From the NCBI RefSeq assembly GCF_000143415.4, contig NW_003314368.1, positions 82,792-146,791 on the forward strand: a stretch of DNA of 64,000 nucleotides. The letters run 5' to 3'. Under the pieces are notes generated by a model. That model was given only the letters and a program-made list of their open reading frames with translations, did no database searches and was not told where the DNA came from. The position numbers and the translations under genes are program-made. This document shows positions 45,211 through 55,658 of the stretch, piece by piece (within the stretch, counting starts at the first letter, position 1; the number at the start of each line of letters is the position of its first letter). This stretch comes from Selaginella moellendorffii. Lineage: Eukaryota; Plantae; Lycopodiophyta.

Positions 45211-47808
45211 ATGGCGCGTTGTCGCGCAGCTCGGTCGGAGGCGCTGCCAAAGGAGTTTGGAGCGATGGAAGACCGAAAACGCGAGATTTCTCGTCTTCTC
45301 CAGGCATTGAAGGTGTGTAGCAAAGCCCGGGATCTGGAAGCTGGGCGAAAGATCCACGCACAGGCGATCCAGGGCGGCATTGCCCCGGATCCTTTCGTCG
45401 CGAGCAGCTTGATTCATATGTATTCCAGGTGTGGCAGCACGGAGGACGCATCGGCCGTGTTCTTCGATCTCACTCCACCGCAATGCCGCGACGTAGTTTC
45501 TTGGACGGCTCTGATGCTGGGATTCGTGGACAACGGCCAGGGCGATCGTGCGATCGAGCTATTCGGTGAGATGATCCAGCAGCAATGCCGGCCAGACGCT
45601 CAAGCTTTCGTGGCAGCGATCAAAGCGTGCTCTAGCATCGCAGAGAAGGGAAATTCCGGGAGGAACACTGATAGAGGGAAGCTGCCAGATCCTCTGGAGG
45701 TTGGAATGGCTCTCCATTCTCATGCCGCTAAGAATGGGCTCGTGAAGAACAACGTGTTCGTCGCCAACGCTCTGGTGGATATGTACGCGAGGTGTGGGAG
45801 CGTGGCGGATGCTAGCAGGACCTTTCACGGCATTGCTCGTCGCGATGTGGTGGCTTGGACGTCGCTGGTTCTGGGAGTTGCCGAGAGAAAAGACGGTGGC
45901 CAGGAAGCTCTACAGATCTTTTCTCGGATGATCGAGTCTGGGGAGTGCGAGCCGGATGCTCGCAGCTTTGTTGCTGCGCTAAAGGCTGTGGCGAATCTAG
46001 CAGCACTAGAAGAGAACAAAGGTGGCGGGCAGGCTAGAAGCGAGGTGAATTTTCGGTGCCTGGAGAAAGCAATGGCGCTTCACTCCGAGGCCGCGAGGAG
46101 ACGATGCCTGGATACATTCGTGGCCAACACCCTCATCGACGTCTACGCCAAGTGTGGGAGCTTGGGCTTGGCTCGCAGCGTTTTTGAGAGCTTGTCCCGG
46201 ACGAGCTCTCAGAAACGCTGGGAGGCAGGGTCGAGCTCCAGGAGCTTGGTGTCCTGGAACGCGATGATCCTGGCCTACGCCGAGAACAACGAGCCCGAGA
46301 TGGCTCTGCTGCTCTTCACTCACCTGGATCATCCTCCCGACGCTCCGACTTTCACCGCGGCTTTCAAGGCCTGCGGGGGGCTGGCGAGAAGAGAAGCTCC
46401 CAAGAGCTTGAGCGATGGTGGTGCTGTGAAAGTCGCGGCACTCGAGAAGACCATGGCCGTGCATGCTCGAGCGGTGAAAGAGCGGTGGGACTCGCACGCT
46501 TTCATAGCCAGCAGCGCCATCGCCGTGTATGCCGAGTGTGGAGATATGGTGGACGCTCGCTGGAGCTTCAAGAAGATGGCAGTGAAAACTCTGGCCGCGA
46601 AGACGGCTCTGCTACAAGGATACGCCGACAACGGACAGGGAGAGGCTGCTCTCGAGCTCCTCTCGCGCGAGTTCAAGCCGGACGACGACTCGTGCTCTTG
46701 CGTCGCCGCTCTCAAGGCTTGCTCGAGCTTGGGAGCTCTAGAGGCCGGGAAAGCCATCCACGGAGACATCTCCCGGCGTGGATTCGACTCCAACGCGGTG
46801 GTGGCAACTTCTCTGGTGGATTTCTACGGGAAGTGCGGGAGCATGGTGGATGCCCAGCTGGTTTTCGACTCCACGAGCAGCGAGAACAAGGATTTCGCAA
46901 CTTGGAGCTCTCTAGTAGCAGGCTACGGCAGGCAAGGTGCCAGTGAGCGAGTCTATAGCTTGGTGGACAGGATCCAGGAAGAACAGGGACAGCATCCTTG
47001 CGAAGTTACGTTCTTGTGCGTCCTCAACGCTTGCAGCCACGCTGGTCACGTCGACAAAGGCAAGAGCTACTTCGCAGCGATGTCGTCCAAGTATGGGATC
47101 CCTCCCGGGATTGAGCACTATCACTGCATGGTCGATCTGCTGGGAAGAGCAAACCGGCTAGACGAGGCTCTCGAGACAATAACAGCAATGCCTTGGAGAG
47201 CCGACGTGGTTACATGGACGACGCTGCTGGGAGCGTGCCGGAAATGGAAGAACTCGCGAGTCGGGAAGATAGCTTTCGAGGAACTTGTTCGCCTGGACGA
47301 GAAGAAAGCCGCGGCATATCTCCTCATGGCGGGCATCGCCGGGGAAGAGATGGAGCTCTCGAGAGGAAGTTCTTCGAGAGCTCAAAGCTGGTGGACGGAC
47401 GAGGAGGGAGTGGTGCACAGGTTCGTGGCCGGAGACTTCCATAGCCCAGGAAACTCGAGCTTCGTCAAGAAGCTCAAGGAGATCCCAGGAGCTCCTCCAC
47501 TCTCGGACGAGCTTTGTGGACACAGCGAAAGGCTGGCTGCGGCGTGTGGAGTCGTGAGGAGCAACGCTCATCCAGGTAGCGTGATTCGCATTGTAAAGAC
47601 TCACGAGAATGTTTGCCGCGAGTGTCACAGGATCATCGCAGCTCTGTCACTGCTCGAAGCTCGAGTGATCGAATGCGTAGATCCTGCTGGCTTTCACACC
47701 TTTGATAATGGAAGAAGCACTTTCCATCGCCAAACTCGCCGATCACCACGAGCACTCGCTTACAGCGATCTAAAAGCGGTGCGCTTTTCTCGAGTGAGAG
47801 GCATTTAA
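45211..47808 (+). CDS. PLS-class PPR RNA-editing factor with E domain and atypical DYW domain
   Basis: PLS repeats, HYHCMVDLLGRA, WTTLLGAC, SWW, HSERLA, CRECH. Start may instead be the Met of MEDRK. Confidence 0.85.
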   Translation: MARCRAARSEALPKEFGAMEDRKREISRLLQALKVCSKARDLEAGRKIHAQAIQGGIAPDPFVASSLIHMYSRCGSTEDASAVFFDLTPPQCRDVVSWTALMLGFVDNGQGDRAIELFGEMIQQQCRPDAQAFVAAIKACSSIAEKGNSGRNTDRGKLPDPLEVGMALHSHAAKNGLVKNNVFVANALVDMYARCGSVADASRTFHGIARRDVVAWTSLVLGVAERKDGGQEALQIFSRMIESGECEPDARSFVAALKAVANLAALEENKGGGQARSEVNFRCLEKAMALHSEAARRRCLDTFVANTLIDVYAKCGSLGLARSVFESLSRTSSQKRWEAGSSSRSLVSWNAMILAYAENNEPEMALLLFTHLDHPPDAPTFTAAFKACGGLARREAPKSLSDGGAVKVAALEKTMAVHARAVKERWDSHAFIASSAIAVYAECGDMVDARWSFKKMAVKTLAAKTALLQGYADNGQGEAALELLSREFKPDDDSCSCVAALKACSSLGALEAGKAIHGDISRRGFDSNAVVATSLVDFYGKCGSMVDAQLVFDSTSSENKDFATWSSLVAGYGRQGASERVYSLVDRIQEEQGQHPCEVTFLCVLNACSHAGHVDKGKSYFAAMSSKYGIPPGIEHYHCMVDLLGRANRLDEALETITAMPWRADVVTWTTLLGACRKWKNSRVGKIAFEELVRLDEKKAAAYLLMAGIAGEEMELSRGSSSRAQSWWTDEEGVVHRFVAGDFHSPGNSSFVKKLKEIPGAPPLSDELCGHSERLAAACGVVRSNAHPGSVIRIVKTHENVCRECHRIIAALSLLEARVIECVDPAGFHTFDNGRSTFHRQTRRSPRALAYSDLKAVRFSRVRGI

Positions 47809-48351
47809 GGAGAAAGAAAACCATCGCTCATCTTGCATTGGTTCTCCATTTTTCCCGATCAACGAGCGAGCTCTGGACAAAATCTTTCCTTTTCTTCTTT
47901 TTCTTCCTCCTGTCGAGCTCTGCTAAAAAAAATTCCTATTCTCCTCCCTTCTCCACCGCCATTTCTTCATAATCCCAGACCAACACTTCTTTTTCTTCTC
48001 CTTCCACCTTGAGAAATCTTCTTCCCATTCCATGCTTACTGTTATTCCTTCCTGTCTTTAAAATCACCGAGGGGCTAGTCCCAAGCCAAGCCACCATCTC
48101 TGTCCACCACCAATCCGATCACCCTCTACTCCAATCCCTGTGTCGCCAGCCGGAGTAGAGGAAAAAAAAATGTACAGACTAATAGAAAAGCTCCCAAACT
48201 TCCAAGTGCCACCGCTTCTTCTGAGCCTGTTCTAGTTTTCCTCCTCTTTTTTTCCTGTTCTTTCACCCGTGTCCCTGTCTCTGTTCCATTAGTTTTTTTT
48301 TTTTTTTTTCTTGCCTGTCTTTCCTGCTGTGCCTCTTCGTCTTGATCGTCT

Positions 48352-50158
48352 CTACAAATGGTTGTGGACGATGAAACCTGGTGGTGCTCCGGAGAGCCTG
48401 CTCGCTCCAACTTCTAAGCTCTTGCCATTCCCGGCCATGGTGCAGCTGGAACGCAGCACCGGACTGTCAGTCTTCTCGACAAACTTTACAAAGGAGTAAT
48501 CGAGGACGTCTGCTGCCGCCGAGGAGCCCAGATCCTGGACTGACCCCGCGCTTGCTCGCCTCACATGTTTCGTTGTTGTTGTTGTTGTTGTTGTCGTCGT
48601 CTCTACATTATTTCCTGCTGCCGAAGAAGCTAAAGCCAGCTGCTGCCTAAGTCGTTGCTGCTGCTGCTTCAAGAATCTCAACCTCTGGATCTCTTTCTTC
48701 AGGGCCTCGTTGTGAGCTGTAAAGCGAAAAAAGAAAAAGAGTGAAAGTTAAACAACGACAGGCCAGAAAATATAGGAAAGGAGATTTTGCAAAGTGGTGG
48801 CTGCTTTACCATCTTTAATCCGGGCATCCTGAGCCAGACCAGCAACGTTCTGCTTGAGGGCTGCGTTGTCCAAGTGAAGCGCCAGGCGCTGGTGCTCGAG
48901 CAGTGCCACTTGTGTCGACAGCCCAGACACCTCATTCTGGAGAAAAGAAAAGCAAAACATTAAACGAATGATTGATTACAAGTGCTTCAGCACAAAGCTG
49001 CACACAGCGGTACCTGTAAGTCACTGACGTTACCCTCCAGCTCATGAATGTATTGAAGTTTTCGCACTCTGGAGCGCTGGGCTGATTGCCTGTCCCGCAG
49101 AAAAGAAAAACAGAAACAACAACCATTAGAATGATAGCCAGAAAAATCCTAGAAAGCAACCAGAGAGAAAAGAAAACCACAACTAGAATGACACAGATAA
49201 ATCTTAGAAAGGAAGCACATATAAAATCGAGAAGCAAACACAACCATAGTAGCTAGCAAAACGAGAAACAAAGAGAAGGAACAGAGTTATTACCACCTTA
49301 AAGCATAAAAACCAAACACAAAGGTAAATTGAGAAAAACGAGAAGGAAAAAAACAATCAGACAAAACGAAATGAGCTACTGTCCTGAAAAATACGAACAA
49401 AGAGAAGAGAGAGCCACAGTTAGTATGACACAGGTCCTAGAGGAGGAACAGACCACCACCGAAGTGCCCAGCCTACCAGCAAAAGGAAGCAAAAAAAAGA
49501 AAAAAACTATCTAAACAATATCTTACCTCTTGGAGCGCTTGGAATCAGCGCTCTGATCGCCCTGGAGCTGTGACTGCTCGTTGTCATGCTGCTGCTCGGC
49601 GTCATTCCCCATCCTTGATCCACCAACGTAGCTCAAATCTCCAGGAAAAGTCCGGAAGGGATGAGGAGCTCTTCGATCTTGCTGAGACCATCCTCCATCG
49701 GATATCTGGACGACGTCGCTAAACATGGCCGCGAGCTGCTGTTCTTCCCGATCGAAGTAGCACTCGTCCTCCTCGGCAATGTCATCGATCTTTCGGAGGT
49801 TGGATGGAGCCTCCAAGAAGGTGATGCTGTCGCTGGCGGATCGCCTGTGAGACGCGCGCGACGGCCTCTCGGGCGCCTTGGGCGAATCGAGCAGCTCCTC
49901 GAGCCAAGAGGGCTCCACGTCCGGGACAAAGCTCGCGGATGGGCTCCGGCGATGGTGATGCGCCACGGCCGCGGCGCCATAGCCAGGAACTCTCACCACG
50001 CATCCAGGGTAGGGCGGCCCAACGCACGGCTGGGACGACGAAGTAGAGGATGGAATCGCTGGACTCTTCGGCGGGAGGTGATTGAGCGCCATGGAATGCC
50101 CCCAGTTTACACACCTTGAGGAGGATTTGTCGCTTCGCCCGAGCTGCGAGCTCGACAT
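48352..50158 (-). CDS. bZIP transcription factor (group E-like); 4 exons
   Basis: LPPKSP, HRRSPS, PSWLEELL, HRRSASDS, KR|QSAQRSRVRKLQYIHELE, leucine zipper. Confidence 0.85.
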
Positions 50159-50735
50159 TCTTCGCTGCGATGGAGTGGATTGATCGATCCCTGGAAGATA
50201 AAAGAAGGAAAAAGCATGCAATCCCGGGAATCGCCGAGCTCCACCGAGCAAGATCTAGGGTCCACAATCCAGATCTAGAGCTGTGGATCCCTCCTTGGCG
50301 CTAACCCTAGAAATTTCTCCAGTGAGGCCGCAGCCATCGTCTACTCCCTCTCTCTCTCTCTCTTCTCTTGTTCTTTAATGTGTAATTTCAAGTATAAAGG
50401 ACGTCACGGGGTAAATTCCGTGATGGACGGTTGCGATTCATAGTTTTCGAAAGAACGGTCACGATTTGGTGAAACCCACGAGGCGATGACTGGCTGGGAT
50501 GAAATGCCTGGCAGCAGACGGCTAAGATCTGATGTAAATTTCCTGTCAACAGCTGGATCCTAGACGATGTATGTGGCGGAGTTTACATTAATCCAGTTGT
50601 TAAGTGGCAATGATAATGATGAATTTGTCCGTGATACAAACATACCATGTGAATGTGGGTAGATCACGCTGATTAAAAATTAAGTGTACATACTATTTGA
50701 TTTTAGGGCAAAGTTCCAGCTAGGGTTTTGGGCTC

Positions 50736-52687
50736 ATGGAAGAGAATGCAAGGCGGTGGAGGGGAAATTTGCGCGCGATGAAAGAGCGAGTGAGGGATCG
50801 CCTCTGCGCAGCGCAAGCACACAGTTCTCTCAGGCAATCGCAGCAAAGATCCGGTGTGGTGCGTGGAGCAGCGCTTGGCAGGGCCAGGACGGGGTTCGTA
50901 GTCGCCAGGGTATTCAAGGGAAACGTCGTGTTTGCGCGGGTTGCCAAGAATCTGCGGCAGCGAGAGCGGGCGTGGAGGAAAATCTCGATCGCCGATCGCA
51001 TTCCAAGCTTCCGGAATCTCATCGCTGGAGCTTTCGGTGGAGCGATTCTTGTCGGTGGCTCCTCCGCTCACGCCGAAGCGCATGAAGCTCCACAGGGGTT
51101 CTTGGAAGAGCTGGCCTCCAGAAGAAAATTCTTCAAAGGTGAGTGGAAACTTTCTCTACACAGTCCATCTTGATCTTATCTTTTGGACAGGCCGGGGCGC
51201 TGCAACTATCGACGATGATCTAAAGAAGAAAATTTCCGAGGACTCTCCAACCGTCCGTGTACTTCGTGCCATAGCTGTTCCAGTTCTCGCAAATGTTTGC
51301 CATGTTTTCATGCATGGACTTAACCACACTGAGGTTTGTGGCTCGTCTCTTCTCTCGATTTTTTTTTGCCACTTCCTTCTAGCAAACAGGTCTATGGCTT
51401 GGAGAAGCTTGAGAAAGCACTTCTACATCGCCCTCAAAGCACGGGTCTACTAACGGTGCGCTTCTCTTTTCATTTCTCTCCTGTTCTCTGGTATGATGTT
51501 CTAACGGTGTTTTTACTTTCGTGTAGCTGAGCAATCACGTTGCCGCAATGGATGATCCTTTGGTCACAGCTTCTTTACTATCGCCTCAGATTCTACTTCA
51601 TGAAAGGATGCTAAGATGGACGTTGTGCGCTACTGACCGATGTTTCACGTCCGTGCCCAAGTCTATCTTCTTTACGTCTTTGAAGGTGCTGCCAGTTTCT
51701 CGCGGCAAAGGCATTTACCAGGAGGTATACTTTTTTCTTGTCTCTGCAACCTTTGGAAACTCCACTGACGCGTAGTAAATCTCTTACAGGGCATGGACCT
51801 TGCGCTGGAGAAACTCAACCACGGAGATTGGGTACACATTTTCCCCGAAGGCAGTCGATCTCGAGATGGTGGGAAAACCTTGGGAAATGTGAAACGAGGG
51901 GTTGGGAGGTGATCTTGTGTGAGCTTTTTCTGACTTGCTGCGAGTTATCTAATGCCCCTTGTTTTGTGTGATGAAGGCTAGTCATGGATGCGAAGGAGAC
52001 GCCTGTGATCATCCCTTTCATGCACGAAGGCATGCAAGAAGTTTTGCCGATTGGTAGCAAGTTCCCGCACATCTGCAAGAAGGTATTCGTCTCGTTTCGT
52101 GTTCATGTTCCTTCACAGAGCTTTCTTTGCAGGTGACTGTTCTTGTGGGAGATCCAATTCTCGTGGACGATTTGCTTGCCAGATGCAAGGACCAAGAACT
52201 CACAACCGATGCTCTCTACGACGCCGTCGCACAGCGCGTGGAAGAGAGAATGCGGGCGATGAAAGGCGAGCTACAGCAGCTGGTGACAAACGAGAGACTA
52301 GCGCGCGAGAGAGATCGCAAGCTCTATCTGGCTCGACGAGCGAGCGGGATCTGGGAGCACATCGACTGGGAAATGGAAGGCTTTTCACTCCACAGCGACG
52401 ACGAGACGATTGATCACTCCCAGCATCAGCAGCAGCGCGAATTCTCTGAGATCTCTTCCGAGGACGCAGCAAAAACGAGCTGGATGGATCATCCAATCCA
52501 TTCCAGCGATCGCGCGCTGGATTCCTCGCCAAGCATCGCGGCGAGATTGAGAGCTTTCGGCGATCCAGCAGCGATGGTTAGCTTCGCGGCACGGGGCATC
52601 GCCTGGAACTGGAAGATGCCCGAGTTCAAATATGGTGTCGGCACGTGGACGGCCAGATTGTGTGGAAATCAAGGGCTGGGATTGTAG
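50736..52687 (+). CDS. Tafazzin-like phospholipid acyltransferase
   Basis: [43 protein letters not shown]. Confidence 0.9.
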
Positions 52688-52913
52688 AGGATCTCGGGCT
52701 TGGGTTTGTGGCGTAGGGTTTGTGCGTTTGTGTTTAATAGCGAGCGAGCTGGTTTGGCGTCGCCAAGGGTTCTAGGCGCTCATATCTCTTCACCGGTTTG
52801 CCACACACAGCCGCAAAGGTACGCGCCTCCAATCCACCGATTTGCGGCGTGCTAGGGCGCCGCCGCGAGGCATTTCTGGAGATTTCTCACTCGTTTGCTG
52901 CGGATTTTGCTAG

Positions 52914-53826
52914 ATGAATCGAGAGAAGCTGATGAAGATGGCTAGTGCTGTGCGCACCGGTGGAAAGGGCACAGTGAGGAGGTATTTCGGCGGCATTGGA
53001 TGATTTCGTTGTTTGAGCTGATGGATTTTTGTTTTCTGGCGCAGGAAGAAAAAGGCAGTACATAAGACGACGACGACCGACGATAAGCGTCTCCAGAACA
53101 CGCTCAAGAGGCTGGGCGTGAACACCATTCCCGGAATCGAGGAAGTTAACATCTTCAAGGACGACATTGTTCTTCACTTTGTCAGTCCCAAAGGTTTGGA
53201 ACCATTTTTTTTCCTCCATTTTCTTCCAGGTTTTTTTTTTCTTAGATCCGATCGACCAACCTTTCTTTTCTTCATTACTTATTTTCACCTTGTTAAATTC
53301 TTCCAGTTCTCCATTCCCATTGATTAAGTTCTTCCAGTGTTCTCTTTTCCATTCTTGTTAGTCGAACAACTTCTTCCAATATTTACTGACGCTCTCATGT
53401 TTTACAGTCCAAGCCTCGATAGCTGCTAACACTTGGGTCGTGAGCGGACCCGTCCAGACAAAGAGTAAGCTCCAGAGAAAGTATCAAAGTGTTTAGCTAA
53501 TCCTTTTTTCGATCGATCGCCAGAGCTCACGGAACTGCTGCCTGGTATCATCAACCAGCTCGGTAAGTGTTGGCCATTGTTCTCGCTTGGATTGGTATTG
53601 ATGTTTTGCGATCGAATCAATCCAATCGACTGCAGGTTTCTCGGGGCCGGATAACTTGGAGAACTTGAAGAAGATCGCGCAACAATTCAAGCGGCAAGAG
53701 AGTGGCGGCGGCGGAGCTCCGCTTGGCACCATCGAGGACGACGAGGATGTTCCCGACCTTGTTCCTGGCGAAACTTTCGAAAAGCCTGCCGCCAATCCTC
53801 CCGAAGAGGTTGTGGCAACCGCGTGA
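52914..53826 (+). CDS. BTF3: Nascent polypeptide-associated complex beta subunit
   Basis: [53 protein letters not shown]. Confidence 0.94.
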
Positions 53827-54040
53827 TACTAGCAGAGAATATTCTTGCTATGTACTTGTAGCCCCTAGGGCATATTTTCCTTTTTTTCTATTGTACCTAT
53901 CACGCGTTACATATTATTTTTAGGATTCATTAATCTAGCCCATCCGGTCGCACACGTGGCGCGAATCCGAGAGCTTTCTTTTTGTTGAGAACCCTAGCTC
54001 CAGGGTGAGGACTTTTGGAGGAGAGGTCCGAGCGAGAGCG

Positions 54041-54796
54041 ATGGCGGCGATTTTCAACAAGCTCTCTACTATTTTCAGCAGTGATGATACGCTGCCCTGG
54101 ACAGATCGCGAGATGATCAGTGTAAGCTTCGATCTATGGAAATTTCGGGAGAATTTGATGAATGCTTTGGAGCAGAGGTGCGAGAGCGAGGTCGCCAAGG
54201 AAGGAGCTGGAATTACGCCGGACAAGGATCGCAACGAGAGCCTGATGCGCCTCGCCTGGGCGCTCGTCCACTCGAGAGAGCCGTCTAATGTTCTTCGAGG
54301 CATTGCGATGCTGGAAGGTCTGTGATGTTCTTTGTCGCCTTTGGTTGGATTTCTGGCAAGAATTTAGCTCGAGAGAATTTACAAACAGCTGCGTTTGATA
54401 AGAAGGCTGGACCGCTCCAAACGCGAGAGATTCTCTACTTACTGGCTGTTGGCCACTACAGGAATGGTGACTACGTCAAGAGCCGGCGATTGATCGAGCA
54501 AGCTCTCGAGGTAAACTTTCTCGTTCTCCTTGCAAGTTGTTTAAATCCTTTTCTCTCTGACGATTGAAAACTGTGTTTCTTCACAGATTGCTCCGGATTT
54601 TCGCCAAGCTTTGATGTTGAGGTCTCTGATCGAAGACAAGATCGCAAAAGGTTAGAACTTGTACTGGCTTTTCAAAGTGAGAAGTTAATTCCTGGTGTAT
54701 TTCTCAGATGGAATTATCGGGGTGGGAATTGCGGCAGCAGCCGTGGGACTGGTAGCGAGCGGGGTGGCTTGTGTAGTGGCCTCCAGGAAACGATAA
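54041..54796 (+). CDS. FIS1: Mitochondrial/peroxisomal fission protein FIS1
   Basis: LPWTDREMI, MRLAWALVHS, LYLLAVGHYRNGDY, DKIAKDGIIG + C-terminal TM. Confidence 0.92.
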
Positions 54797-55381
54797 CTTC
54801 GGACAAGTCCCCGTTATAATTATGGTAACGTTTTTTGTGTAAAGTGTATGCATACCAGATCCAATTCTATTTTACGTGAAGCATAGAGACGGCTTTGAAT
54901 TCAATCGCCTAGAGTGGTCTCTGTGTGATTCTCTCTGAGCGAAAGCTAGGTTTGGTGATTGGTGACTTTAGTGATAAATTAAAGAAAATAAAATATTTAA
55001 AGTCATAAATTAAGAATTAATCATTTATAATAATAAAGAGGAGTTTCTTAATTCTCTGGGCTGCCAGATCCAACCAATGGCAGCCGTCTGATGGGGGTAA
55101 CTCTTAAAAAGTTATTTCTTTAACCATGTCTCTGTAAATAGCTAATGGGAATTCCTTGGGAGAGAAGTAGCATGTAATGTGTTTGACTGGCATTGACAGT
55201 CAATTTTTTGAATTGTGTCAGATATTATAATTTGCTAGAGAAAACATATATTTATAATTACTTCCTTAATTCTTCTTTCAATTATTCTAATTTATTTTGA
55301 ATGTAACAAAATTATAACAATCAAAACAGTATTTATTAACTAAGTAGCATATGTTAGATAATAGCAAATAATTTTTAAATA

Positions 55382-55474
55382 TGTGAGGTCCAAGTGGCTG
55401 TATACTAATATTAGTATAATGGGATTCTAATAACTACTGGATTAGTTTTAATCCAGACCACTTGGTCCTGTATA
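55382..55474 (+). repeat. Inverted partial LTR copy
   Basis: tgtgaggtccaagt...tatactaatattagtataatgggatt...gtcctgtata aligns with the reverse complement of about 55555-55658. Confidence 0.7.
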
Positions 55475-55490
55475 ATTTAAAATTTTTAAG

Positions 55491-55658
55491 TGTGAGTGCT
55501 TGGAGAGAATACAAAAAATATGCATATCCATTATCCCAAAAAACCCTAGCTTATATACAGGAGCGAGTAGTCCAAATTGAAACCAATCTAATGGCTACCA
55601 AAATCCCACTATGCTAATATTAGTATATGGCATCGTAACCATACACTTGGCCCTCACA
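55491..55658 (-). repeat. 3' LTR (168 bp)
   Basis: TG...CA ends with 6-bp terminal inverted repeat, adjacent PPT, similarity to 60303-60431. Confidence 0.8.

Noticed and set aside
50613-50675. C/D-box-like ATGATGA...CTGA with a 3-bp terminal stem
   Set aside because: Only about 60 nt, and I could not match the putative guide to any rRNA or snRNA. A snoScan run would settle it.
53292-53395. Short imperfect repeats (ttcttccag) in the BTF3 intron
   Set aside because: Pyrimidine-rich low complexity; no snoRNA boxes or stable stems.
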